Origin: an uncultured Flammeovirgaceae bacterium | Lineage (GTDB): Bacteria > Bacteroidota > Bacteroidia > Cytophagales > Cyclobacteriaceae | NCBI GenBank assembly: GCA_913045135.1 | Contig: CAJWQD010000006.1 | Span: 159 to 64,158 of the forward strand | Direction of reading: 5' to 3' | DNA length: 64,000 nucleotides | Part shown: piece after piece, positions 56,039-64,000 of the stretch | Position numbering within the stretch: the stretch's first letter is position 1 | How the letters are laid out: each line of letters starts with the position of its first letter | Notes under the pieces: generated by a model | What the model saw: only the letters and a program-made list of their open reading frames with translations | Database searches by the model: none | What the model was told of the DNA's origin: nothing | Program-made: the position numbers and the translations under genes

Positions 56039-56974
56039 ATGAGAACAAAAGAATTTAAGATAGGATTAATTGCGCTTGCAGCTGGGTTGACTTTATATTT
56101 TGGATTTAGCTATTTGAAGGGAAGTGACTTCATGAATAAAGAAATCAGTTATTATGTGGTTTATGATAATGTCGATGGTTTGACTAAATCAAATCCAGTA
56201 ATCATCAATGGTTTGACTGTTGGCAAAGTTAAAAATATTCAACTTCGTCAAGATTTTAATAATCAAGTAGTAGTTGAACTAGCCATTAATTCTGAAATTA
56301 TTCTAGGAGACTCAACCATTGCGGAATTATCAAATGCAGACTTATTAGGGAGTAAAGCAATTCGATTGAAAATTGGACCTATAGTCGACCCATTAGAGTC
56401 CAATGACACTCTCAAAGCAAGCATGGATAGAGGTTTGACTGAGTATCTCGACAACGTACAGCCCATCACCGATAACCTTAATGTCACCATAAGGAGGATC
56501 AATGAGATTCTTTTGGGTCTTCAAGGGAGTGGTGAGAAAATAACCAATACCATTTCGGAATTAGAAATTACGTTGAAAGGCATCAATGAGGTGTTGAATG
56601 AAAATAAACAAGGTTTTGCTTTGGCAATTAATTCCACAAATGAGGTGCTTATCAATGTAAATAATAAGATTAATAAATTAGACCCCATTTTCAAGAAAGC
56701 GGGAAGTGTAATGGATTCTCTAAATAATTTAGATTTAAGCGGTACCTTGATTGATATACAAGATCTTATGAAAGAATTGAAGCAAACCATTACAGCCATT
56801 AATCAGGGTCAAGGAACGATGGGTCAATTGATCATGAACGATTCTTTATACATTAATCTCAACCAATTATTACTTGATCTGGATAAATTAACTCTTCATT
56901 TTAATCAATACCCCAAAGATTTTCTAAAACCTTTAGGTAGGGAAAATAAAAAAATGAAGGGATTACAACCTTGA
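56039..56974 (+). CDS. MlaD/MCE family protein
   Basis: 311 aa. N-terminal TM helix, an MCE domain (VDGLTKSNPVIINGLTVGKV) and a helical C-terminus. Confidence 0.8.
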   Translation: MRTKEFKIGLIALAAGLTLYFGFSYLKGSDFMNKEISYYVVYDNVDGLTKSNPVIINGLTVGKVKNIQLRQDFNNQVVVELAINSEIILGDSTIAELSNADLLGSKAIRLKIGPIVDPLESNDTLKASMDRGLTEYLDNVQPITDNLNVTIRRINEILLGLQGSGEKITNTISELEITLKGINEVLNENKQGFALAINSTNEVLINVNNKINKLDPIFKKAGSVMDSLNNLDLSGTLIDIQDLMKELKQTITAINQGQGTMGQLIMNDSLYINLNQLLLDLDKLTLHFNQYPKDFLKPLGRENKKMKGLQP

Positions 56975-57006
56975 ATAATTGATGATTAAAGAGGGTATTT
57001 TATCTG

Positions 57007-57843
57007 ATGAATAATGAAGAGCTGAAATCTTTGGTGGCATTACTGGACGATGACGATGACGAGGTGGTTGCACATGTGGAGAAAAAGCTAAAAACTCTAG
57101 GTAACGGAGTTCTTCCTTTTTTGGAAGAGGCTTGGGAAAAAACATTTAATCCAAAAGCTCATGAGCGGATTGAAGACATGGTTCATTTTTTGCAATTTGA
57201 ATTAGTTAAAGAGCGCTTGACTCACTGGTACTCTTATCAACAAGAAGATTTATTGAGAGGTATGTGGGTTTTAGCAACTTATCAATATCCAGATCTAGAA
57301 TTTGAACAATTAAATGAGAAAATTGAACATTTATATCAAAAAATCATGATGAAATGGGATCCTGACCTACTCCCTTTTGATCAAATTAAGATGATCAATA
57401 CTACTATTTTTGAAAAATTTAAATTTAGGGCCAACATAAAGAATTTTCATGCTCCAGGGAACTCTATGATAAATAATGTTTTAGAAACCGCCATAGGAAA
57501 TCCAATATCCCTTTCTACACTCTATTTATTGATTACCCAAAAATTAGGCTTACCTATTTTTGGAGTTAATCTTCCCAATTTATTTGTGTTAACATACAGG
57601 ACCGATAAACTTCAATTTTATATTAACGTTTTTAATCGAGGATTAATTTTTTCTAAGGAGGATCTTGATAATTACATTTCTCAACTTAGCTTATTACCAA
57701 AAAATGAGTATTTTGAACCTTGTAATCATGGCCAAATAATCAAGAGAAGTCTACGGAATTTGATTATCGCTTTTGATAAAATAGGGGACTATCATAAGAG
57801 TGATGAGATTAATAAACTGATGAGCCTTATTACTGTTAGCTAA
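57007..57843 (+). CDS. transglutaminase-like (SirB1/Transglut_core2) family protein
   Basis: 278 aa. NSMINNVLETAIGNPISLSTLYLLITQKLGLPIFGVNLPNLFVL matches the SirB1-type core as I recall it. Confidence 0.65.
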   Translation: MNNEELKSLVALLDDDDDEVVAHVEKKLKTLGNGVLPFLEEAWEKTFNPKAHERIEDMVHFLQFELVKERLTHWYSYQQEDLLRGMWVLATYQYPDLEFEQLNEKIEHLYQKIMMKWDPDLLPFDQIKMINTTIFEKFKFRANIKNFHAPGNSMINNVLETAIGNPISLSTLYLLITQKLGLPIFGVNLPNLFVLTYRTDKLQFYINVFNRGLIFSKEDLDNYISQLSLLPKNEYFEPCNHGQIIKRSLRNLIIAFDKIGDYHKSDEINKLMSLITVS

Positions 57844-57848
57844 GATTC

Positions 57849-58472
57849 TTAGAGACTAAAGGCGAGCAAATAATTAAGTATGGGCGTGATGCCAATCATA
57901 TGTCGCTCTTTAATCTCATTTGATATAATGTGACCTAATATTAGGTGGTCATTGATGAATTCAGTTTTCATTTCTTTTTTAAAGCTGAGTTGAGTTTGTC
58001 CACATACTTTGATCAATACTTCTTTGGTCGTCCAAATTTTACAGAGATTGAAAATATTGTCCTTATGCTGGTACTCGCTTTTATGGAGTATTTTGGATTG
58101 GATCTTGACTAATTGATTTTTAGGTAACTCAATGTCAATACCACAAGGGGCATCCAAATGAATCATTGCAGCAGCTATGGGAAAAGAGTGGGTTAATGAA
58201 ATATTTGCCGTATGGCCTATGAGAAAAGGCTTTCCTTTGGAAGTTTTATCTATACCATTATAACGAATTTTAAATAATGAGGCGAGATGCATAACTAATA
58301 GTCGGGTCGCTAGCCATTCGCATTTTTTTATATTATTCCTGTGTGGAGCCGAAAAACCTGTTAATAGAGCCAAATCGGTGACTGTTTCAGTGATATTCCA
58401 AACAGCATAAGTACTTACCTCGTTTATTTTCTTAGTTAAGAATAGTGGCATTTGAGTAAATAGATCATGCAA
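57849..58472 (-). CDS. 4'-phosphopantetheinyl transferase superfamily protein
   Basis: 207 aa. GKPFL, ISLTHS, GIDIE and WTTKEVLIK motifs (Sfp/EntD-like). Confidence 0.78.
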   Translation of the reverse strand: MHDLFTQMPLFLTKKINEVSTYAVWNITETVTDLALLTGFSAPHRNNIKKCEWLATRLLVMHLASLFKIRYNGIDKTSKGKPFLIGHTANISLTHSFPIAAAMIHLDAPCGIDIELPKNQLVKIQSKILHKSEYQHKDNIFNLCKIWTTKEVLIKVCGQTQLSFKKEMKTEFINDHLILGHIISNEIKERHMIGITPILNYLLAFSL

Positions 58473-58498
58473 TTGTAATACTTTTGATACTAATATTT

Positions 58499-59416
58499 AT
58501 GATAAAACGACCGTCAGTAGTAAAAAAACATAGTTTTACTGGCCATAAAGATGCTATTTATGCTTTGTGTGCGCTAAATGATCATGAATTTATTTCAGGA
58601 GGTGCTGATGGTCATATTGTTAAATGGAATACAAATGGAGGAGCTGCTGGAAATGTAGTTGCAAAAGTTTCTACATCCGTTTATTCGCTCAATTATGATC
58701 TTTACAGAAACCATCTTTTTATTGGTCAAAATTTTGATGGGCTGTGTGTTGTAGATCTGTTAGCAAAAAGAGAGATTACATCGCTCCAAATGACGAAGTC
58801 TAATATCTTTGATATTCAATTTGATGCTCATTTTGTTTATGTAGCTGCGGGAGATGGTGCTATTTATATTGTCGATCGAGAAAGTTGGAAGCTCATAAAA
58901 ATAATTAATTTATCTCAAAAGAGTGCTCGCACCTTGCAATTAGGTGAGGATCAAATTTATGCTGGATACAGCGATGGGTATATACGCGTTATAGATAAAA
59001 AAAGTTATAATCTTATTCAAGAAATATACGCTCACAAAAATTCTGTTTTTAGTTTATGTATTGACCCTACAAAAAAAATGATATTGAGTGGAAGCAGAGA
59101 TGCACATCTGAAAATTTGGTCAATTGAAGATAAGAAAGTCTTACATTTAATTGAAGATATTGTAGCACACATGTACGCCATCAATCATATTAATTATCAT
59201 TTAAATGGTCATTATTTTGTAACTTGTAGTATGGACAAATCAATTAAGATTTGGGATGCGCATACTTTTAAATTAACTCGAGTGATAGACAAGGGGCGTT
59301 ACGCGGGTCACGGAACATCAGTTAATAAGCTTTTGTCGATGCCATATAAAAATTCTTTAATATCTTGTAGTGACGATCGTACTATATCTGTCTGGGATAT
59401 AAATTTTATCAAATGA
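58499..59416 (+). CDS. WD40 repeat (beta-propeller) protein
   Basis: About 305 aa with repeated GH..-...-WD/WS units (HKDAIYAL...VKWN, HKNSVFSL...KIWS, IKIWD, ISVWD). ATG 58499 is preferred, because the track's TTG 58484 lies inside a TACTTTTG -7-like box (58479-58486). Confidence 0.8.
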   Translation: MIKRPSVVKKHSFTGHKDAIYALCALNDHEFISGGADGHIVKWNTNGGAAGNVVAKVSTSVYSLNYDLYRNHLFIGQNFDGLCVVDLLAKREITSLQMTKSNIFDIQFDAHFVYVAAGDGAIYIVDRESWKLIKIINLSQKSARTLQLGEDQIYAGYSDGYIRVIDKKSYNLIQEIYAHKNSVFSLCIDPTKKMILSGSRDAHLKIWSIEDKKVLHLIEDIVAHMYAINHINYHLNGHYFVTCSMDKSIKIWDAHTFKLTRVIDKGRYAGHGTSVNKLLSMPYKNSLISCSDDRTISVWDINFIK

Positions 59417-59417
59417 T

Positions 59418-60230
59418 ATGAGAATTACACCACTGGAAATTAGAAGAAAAACTTTCGAAAAAAAACTTCGAGGTTTTGATAAAGATGAGGTTAATGCTTT
59501 TTTAGCTTCTTTATCTCAAGAATGGGAGCGATTATTGAACGAAAATAATGAGCTTAAAACAAAGCAAGAAACGGCTGACATTGAGGTTAAAAAACTTCGT
59601 GAAGTTGAGAACTCATTATTTAAGACGCTCAAAACAGCCGAGGACACAGGGGTGAATATGATTGATCAGGCCAATAAAGCAGCAGAACTTCATCTAAGGG
59701 AAGCGCAAATGAATTCAGAAGCTGTTATGCGCGAGACGAAGGCAAGAGCGATCAGAATTATAGAGGAGGCGGAGAATCAGGCAAAAAGCTTGATCGTTGA
59801 GATGCAGGATACTATCAAAGACTTGGCCAAAAGCTATGAAAGTATTGAAAATCATAGAGACTCATTAATTGGGGAACTTCAAAATATTATTTTGGATATA
59901 ACGGATAGAATCAATAGAGCAAGTAAGCAAAAGGGGACCTTTAAGTTAGAAGACCACTTAATTAAGGTTAGGAAATTGGTTCATGAATCACAGTCGCTTA
60001 TTACCAACGAAGAACCAATTTCGACACCAGAACCTTTGACTCCCATACCTCAAATCTCAAAGGATGATATAGCTGCAACTGAAAAGCTTTCTGAATTCAT
60101 TAAATCTAAGGAGAAAGAGAAGAAACCCAAGACGAATGTTAGCAAGGATAAAAGTAAAGATAAAAACGATGAAGGCGAGGGATCAGTTAATGAAGAAAGT
60201 GGAGACGTTTCATTTTTTGATCAGATATAA
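59418..60230 (+). CDS. DivIVA domain-containing protein
   Basis: 270 aa. MRITPLEIRRKTFEKKLRGFDKDEVNAFL is the canonical DivIVA N-terminus. A coiled coil and an acidic/Lys-rich tail follow. Starts 1 nt after the WD40 stop. Confidence 0.88.
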   Translation: MRITPLEIRRKTFEKKLRGFDKDEVNAFLASLSQEWERLLNENNELKTKQETADIEVKKLREVENSLFKTLKTAEDTGVNMIDQANKAAELHLREAQMNSEAVMRETKARAIRIIEEAENQAKSLIVEMQDTIKDLAKSYESIENHRDSLIGELQNIILDITDRINRASKQKGTFKLEDHLIKVRKLVHESQSLITNEEPISTPEPLTPIPQISKDDIAATEKLSEFIKSKEKEKKPKTNVSKDKSKDKNDEGEGSVNEESGDVSFFDQI

Positions 60231-60236
60231 AGTCAG

Positions 60237-60587
60237 ATGGCATTTGTTTCACTAGAGGGTATGGAGTTTTACGCGCATCATGGATATTATGAGGAAGAGC
60301 GAAAAATAGGCGGTAAATACAGTGTGGATGTTAAATTAGAGCTCGATGTCGATCTTGCAGCCAGAGAAGATAAATTGGAGGGGACGGTTAATTATGAAAA
60401 GGTATACGAACTGATTTCAAAGGTAATGTCTGAAGAAGTGGCGCTGCTGGAATTTTTGGCTAATCAAATAATTAAAATTTTAAAAAGTAAATTTCCAGAT
60501 GTCAAAAAAATTTGGGTAAAAGTGGGAAAATATAATCCGCCTATACAGGGGCTTTGTCATCGGGCTGTGGTTGAATTGTCTTCATAA
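60237..60587 (+). CDS. folB: dihydroneopterin aldolase
   Basis: 116 aa. GMEFYAHHGYYEEERKIGGKYSVDV...VNYEKVY. Confidence 0.88.
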   Translation: MAFVSLEGMEFYAHHGYYEEERKIGGKYSVDVKLELDVDLAAREDKLEGTVNYEKVYELISKVMSEEVALLEFLANQIIKILKSKFPDVKKIWVKVGKYNPPIQGLCHRAVVELSS

Positions 60588-60874
60588 GTTCGGAAAATAA
60601 AGCCACGTGTATCAACCCCTTCGTGAAAATCAATTTCCTGGCCAATAAGGAACATTATTTCTGATTTTTGAATAAGAACTTTGATTCCAGAAATCATTGA
60701 TACAGTGTCAAGCTCTTTTTTTTTGTCAAATCCCAAAGTAAAGTTTATATCTGAGCATCCATGTCCATTTTTAATACTTACTCTCAGTGAATATTCTTTA
60801 GGAATACCTTTGGTTTCGAGTATTTTTAATATTTCTTCTATGGCTCGGCTAGTTATTTTGATTGGAGCGATCAT
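60557..60874 (-). CDS. HesB/IscA-like (A-type Fe-S carrier fold) protein lacking the C-terminal Cys pair
   Basis: 105 aa. IKITSRAIEEILKIL...LRVSIKNGHGCSDINFTLGFD...GFIFR resembles IscA/ErpA. It ends ...TYEDNSTTAR instead of ..NPNA...CGCG.SF. The 3' end overlaps folB by 31 nt. Confidence 0.65.
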   Translation of the reverse strand: MIAPIKITSRAIEEILKILETKGIPKEYSLRVSIKNGHGCSDINFTLGFDKKKELDTVSMISGIKVLIQKSEIMFLIGQEIDFHEGVDTRGFIFRTYEDNSTTAR

Positions 60875-60924
60875 TTGGCAAAAGAAATTATTTATTTTTG
60901 AAATAAGTAATAAAAATAGATGAT

Positions 60925-61446
60925 ATGGATTTATTTATTGATTTATTAAAAATATTGGGACCAGCAGTAATAGTATTATATGCCTCATTTCTGATGGTGA
61001 ATTCACTATTAAAGGCACGATTTAATGAACTAAAGTCTTCTTTGAAGGAAAAAAGTCAAAAAGAGATACTGCCTATCAAACTTCAAGCCTATGAGCGGAT
61101 AATATTACTTTTAGAGCGATCAAACCCCAATAATTTAATTCCTCGACTGAGTCAAAAAGAAATGAATGTAACCGTCTTTCAGCATCTTTTAATTAAAGAA
61201 ATAAGACAGGAATTTAATCATAATTTAGCGCAACAAATTTACCTATCTAATGAAGCGTGGTCTTATGTTACTGCTTCTATTGAGGATACTGTTACCTTGA
61301 TCAATGAGGCTGCTGTGGGTATGGGAGACGAATGTTCGGGCTTAGACCTAGCTAAATTAATATTGGAAAGAGCTGTTAAAAAGAACAGTATTGAACAAAC
61401 CATTCTTTTTGTGAAAGATGAAGTAAAGGAACTTTTTATAAGATGA
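60925..61446 (+). CDS. hypothetical membrane-anchored helical protein
   Basis: 173 aa with a single N-terminal TM helix (ILGPAVIVLYASFLMV). I recognise no motif. Confidence 0.5.
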   Translation: MDLFIDLLKILGPAVIVLYASFLMVNSLLKARFNELKSSLKEKSQKEILPIKLQAYERIILLLERSNPNNLIPRLSQKEMNVTVFQHLLIKEIRQEFNHNLAQQIYLSNEAWSYVTASIEDTVTLINEAAVGMGDECSGLDLAKLILERAVKKNSIEQTILFVKDEVKELFIR

Positions 61447-61838
61447 ATAAAAGAGTATTAAAAATTTTTAGACAGGCAATGCGTATGCTTAATGAGCAAA
61501 GTCAGATTAAAGAATTAATTTGGAAAGTATCTCAAAAGTTGCAAAAGATAAATGGCAGCAATAAGCAAATTAATGAACTAATGGAGCATGTTCAGTTATT
61601 TTTAAGGATGATTAAAAAAAGTCTCTCGGGTGAATACAGTGCATTTTCGCATAAAACCCTTCTTTCTTTAGTTTTTGGATTGTTATACTTTGTAACACCT
61701 ATGGATGTAGTTCCAGATTTTGTTCCTCTACTTGGGTTCTCTGATGACTTATCGATACTTTATTTTATTATTAAAAATTTTAAATCAGATATTGAAGCTT
61801 TCAAAGTTTGGGAACTCAATCAGGAATTGGTGAAATAA
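61443..61838 (+). CDS. DUF1232 (YkvA-like) membrane protein
   Basis: 131 aa. YFVTPMDVVPDFVPLLGFSDDLSILYFII matches the DUF1232 core. ATGA overlap with the upstream gene. Confidence 0.7.
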   Translation: MNKRVLKIFRQAMRMLNEQSQIKELIWKVSQKLQKINGSNKQINELMEHVQLFLRMIKKSLSGEYSAFSHKTLLSLVFGLLYFVTPMDVVPDFVPLLGFSDDLSILYFIIKNFKSDIEAFKVWELNQELVK

Positions 61839-61853
61839 AAAAATAATTAATTA

Positions 61854-62540
61854 ATGCAGGCAAAACAATTGAAGTCAGCACTGATCATGGGTGCATCAGG
61901 TTTGGTGGGGGCGTCATTATTAGAAGTCATCCTATCAAAGGGGGATTATACCGAGGTCATAGTGGTATTGAGGAGGTCTATCGATTTAAAATATGATAAA
62001 AAGGTAAAAATAATTGTGATCGCTGACTTCGAAGCGCTTGATTTGCACGGAGAGGATCTATTTGCAGATGATGTCTTCTGCTGCTTAGGTTCCACAATGA
62101 AGAAGGCAGGATCGAAGTCTGCTTTTGAGAAAAGTGATCTGAGTTACCCACTTAAAATAGCTACCATTAACCAAAAAAATCCAAATTTTAAGAATTATCT
62201 GATCGTTACTGCTCAGGGTGCAAACAAACAGTCTCTATTTTATTATAATCGAGTTAAAGGAAGATGTGAGCAATCGTTATTGGCTTTAAATTTGCCGGGT
62301 TTAAAAGTATTTAGGCCAACCTTGTTATTGGGGGTTCGTATTGAAAAGAGGTGGGGTGAATTTTTTTTTAAGTTTTTGATACAAGCCGTAAGTATACCTT
62401 TAAAATTAGTGGGGATTTCAACTTTTTGGTCAATCAATGCTGCTACAGTAGCAGACGCGATGTTAAAGGTTGCGATGAACGAAAAGAAGCATACTGTATT
62501 TTATAATGTTAAGGAGATGATTCAACTAAATCAACAATGA
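61854..62540 (+). CDS. NAD(P)H-binding (atypical SDR, HTATIP2-like) protein
   Basis: 228 aa. IMGASGLVGASLL Rossmann motif, length and layout like NmrA/HTATIP2-type proteins. Confidence 0.65.
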   Translation: MQAKQLKSALIMGASGLVGASLLEVILSKGDYTEVIVVLRRSIDLKYDKKVKIIVIADFEALDLHGEDLFADDVFCCLGSTMKKAGSKSAFEKSDLSYPLKIATINQKNPNFKNYLIVTAQGANKQSLFYYNRVKGRCEQSLLALNLPGLKVFRPTLLLGVRIEKRWGEFFFKFLIQAVSIPLKLVGISTFWSINAATVADAMLKVAMNEKKHTVFYNVKEMIQLNQQ

Positions 62541-62989
62541 TTGCAGTAATTCAACGTGTTTCAAAAGCAGAGGTCAAATTAGAAAAGGGTTCAATTGCTT
62601 CCATTAAACGCGGATTACTGATTCTGCTTGGAGTTGAAGAAGCAGATAATAACGAAGATTTGAAATGGTTAGTTAAAAAAATTATTCCAATGCGGATTTT
62701 TTCAGATGCCGAAGGTAAAATGAATTTAAGTGCTTTAGATGTTCGAGGTGAATTTTTAGTAGTCAGTCAGTTTACTTTACACGCCAAAACTAAAAAAGGG
62801 AATAGGCCTTCTTTTATAAAGGCTGCCAAGCCTATGCAAGCAAAAGCACTTTATGAAGATTTTATTCAAGAGTTATCAATTCAATCTGGCTATCCGGTTA
62901 AGCATGGTAAGTTCGGCGCGGATATGCAGATCTCTTTAATAAATGATGGACCTATGACAATTATAATTGATACAAAAAATAGACATTGA
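62537..62989 (+). CDS. dtd: D-aminoacyl-tRNA deacylase
   Basis: 150 aa. MIAVIQRV..., VSQFTL, GNRPSF and [11 protein letters not shown]. Confidence 0.95.
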   Translation: MIAVIQRVSKAEVKLEKGSIASIKRGLLILLGVEEADNNEDLKWLVKKIIPMRIFSDAEGKMNLSALDVRGEFLVVSQFTLHAKTKKGNRPSFIKAAKPMQAKALYEDFIQELSIQSGYPVKHGKFGADMQISLINDGPMTIIIDTKNRH

Positions 62990-62990
62990 T

Positions 62991-63008
62991 AAAATCAGTC
63001 TTGATTTT
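62991..63008 (+). terminator. weak A/T-rich hairpin after dtd
   Basis: AAAATCA-GTCT-TGATTTT is a perfect 7-bp stem, but it is almost all A-T and has no long T tail. Confidence 0.25.
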
Positions 63009-63052
63009 GCAAATGAATGGCTTTGATTATGTGTTCAATAAGGTCAAAGTAC

Positions 63053-63060
63053 TATTTTTG
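63053..63060 (+). promoter_or_regulatory. candidate -7 promoter box upstream of lepA
   Basis: TATTTTTG (TAnnTTTG) lies 18 nt upstream of ATG 63079. Confidence 0.4.
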
Positions 63061-63078
63061 CAAATCTATTTACATTCT

Positions 63079-64000
63079 ATGCAGAACATTCGTAATTTTT
63101 GTATCATTGCCCATATTGATCATGGGAAAAGTACTCTAGCTGATCGACTTTTGGAGAAAACATCCACGGTTACCAAAAGAGATATGCAGGCGCAATTGCT
63201 TGACAACATGGATCTTGAAAGAGAAAGAGGGATTACAATAAAAAGCCATGCCATACAGATGGACTATCTAGAGGAAGGTCAAAAATATGTCCTTAACCTG
63301 ATAGATACTCCGGGACATGTTGATTTTTCTTATGAGGTATCGCGTTCTATAGCAGCCTGCGAAGGTGCACTGCTTATTGTAGATGCTTCCCAGGGGATTG
63401 AGGCACAAACAATCTCGAACCTGTATTTGGCCATTGAGCATGATCTTGAAGTCATACCCGTTCTTAACAAAATTGACCTGCCAGGAGCTATGATTGATGA
63501 AGTTTCAGATCAAATCGTAGATTTTATAGGATGCGATAAACAAGATATTATTCACTCTAGCGCCAAAGAGGGAATAGGTATTGAGGAGATATTGAAGGCG
63601 ATAGTATCTCGGGTCCCGGCTCCCACAGGTATAAGGAATGAGCCTCTCCAAGCTATGATTTTTGATTCTGTATATAATTCATACCGGGGTATTGAAGTTT
63701 ATTTCAGGGTATTTAATGGTAAAATAAATAAGGGAGATAAGGTAAAATTTGTGAGTACAGAGCAGATCTATGATGCGGATGAAATTGGTGTGTTGAGATT
63801 GGATCATGAACCAACAACTTCATTGGAAGCCGGAAACGTCGGCTATTTAATTTCTGGGATTAAAGTAGCAAAAGAAGTTAAAGTAGGGGATACTATCACT
63901 CATGTAGATCATCCTACTACAAGGCCGATTAAGGGATTTGAAGACGTCAAGCCTATGGTGTTTGCAGGGATATATCCAGTAGATACTTCAGAATTTGAAG
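63079..64000 (+). CDS. lepA: elongation factor 4 (LepA), N-terminal part (3' end outside window)
   Basis: [25 protein letters not shown]...DTPGHVDF...NKIDLP. The frame is open to the window end. It is absent from the ORF track because no stop is reached. Confidence 0.96.
   Translation, partial: MQNIRNFCIIAHIDHGKSTLADRLLEKTSTVTKRDMQAQLLDNMDLERERGITIKSHAIQMDYLEEGQKYVLNLIDTPGHVDFSYEVSRSIAACEGALLIVDASQGIEAQTISNLYLAIEHDLEVIPVLNKIDLPGAMIDEVSDQIVDFIGCDKQDIIHSSAKEGIGIEEILKAIVSRVPAPTGIRNEPLQAMIFDSVYNSYRGIEVYFRVFNGKINKGDKVKFVSTEQIYDADEIGVLRLDHEPTTSLEAGNVGYLISGIKVAKEVKVGDTITHVDHPTTRPIKGFEDVKPMVFAGIYPVDTSEFE

Overview
Dense, AT-rich core-genome segment of a Bacteroidota-type bacterium. The lineage call rests on three things. 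TAnnTTTG -7 promoter boxes sit about 19-21 nt downstream of TTG/TTTG. Most genes lack a Shine-Dalgarno sequence and have A-rich leaders. A DUF3467 gene follows rpoC, and carA-eno follow rplQ. Positions 3.9-34.3 kb hold the classical translation/transcription supercluster: tRNA-Tyr/Gly/Thr-tuf-tRNA-Trp-secE-nusG-rplKAJL-rpoBC-DUF3467-rpsLG-fusA-rpsJ, then the S10/spc/alpha r-protein genes through rplQ. rpmD and rpmJ are missing from the ORF track and were found by hand. The flanks are housekeeping genes: gmk, nadD, frr and pyrH upstream. Downstream are carA, eno, an ftsB-like gene, aroA, aroB, PRODH, lysS, fhs and an envelope block (LptD-like, amidase, MlaD). After those come a PPTase, WD40-DivIVA, folB, dtd and the 5' part of lepA. 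I see no mobile element, CRISPR array, rRNA, prophage or recognisable defence/toxin island, and I cannot honestly point to a novel multi-gene system. The most unusual item is a ttcA (tRNA 2-thiocytidine synthetase) pseudogene. It is still one continuous frame but carries three in-frame TAG codons and a destroyed PP-loop. Secondary observations: (1) an A-type Fe-S carrier (HesB/IscA-like) gene lacks its C-terminal Cys pair and overlaps folB by 31 nt. (2) About 770 bp of ORF-free, AT-rich spacer lies upstream of the tRNA operon. (3) The translation-gene promoters share an extended promoter/5'-hairpin motif. (4) A terminator plus promoter splits rpsJ from rplC. (5) Convergent genes share TTAA stop-stop overlaps. 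All calls come from reading the translations and sequence by eye. No database search or folding program was run, and hairpin/promoter coordinates were counted by hand.
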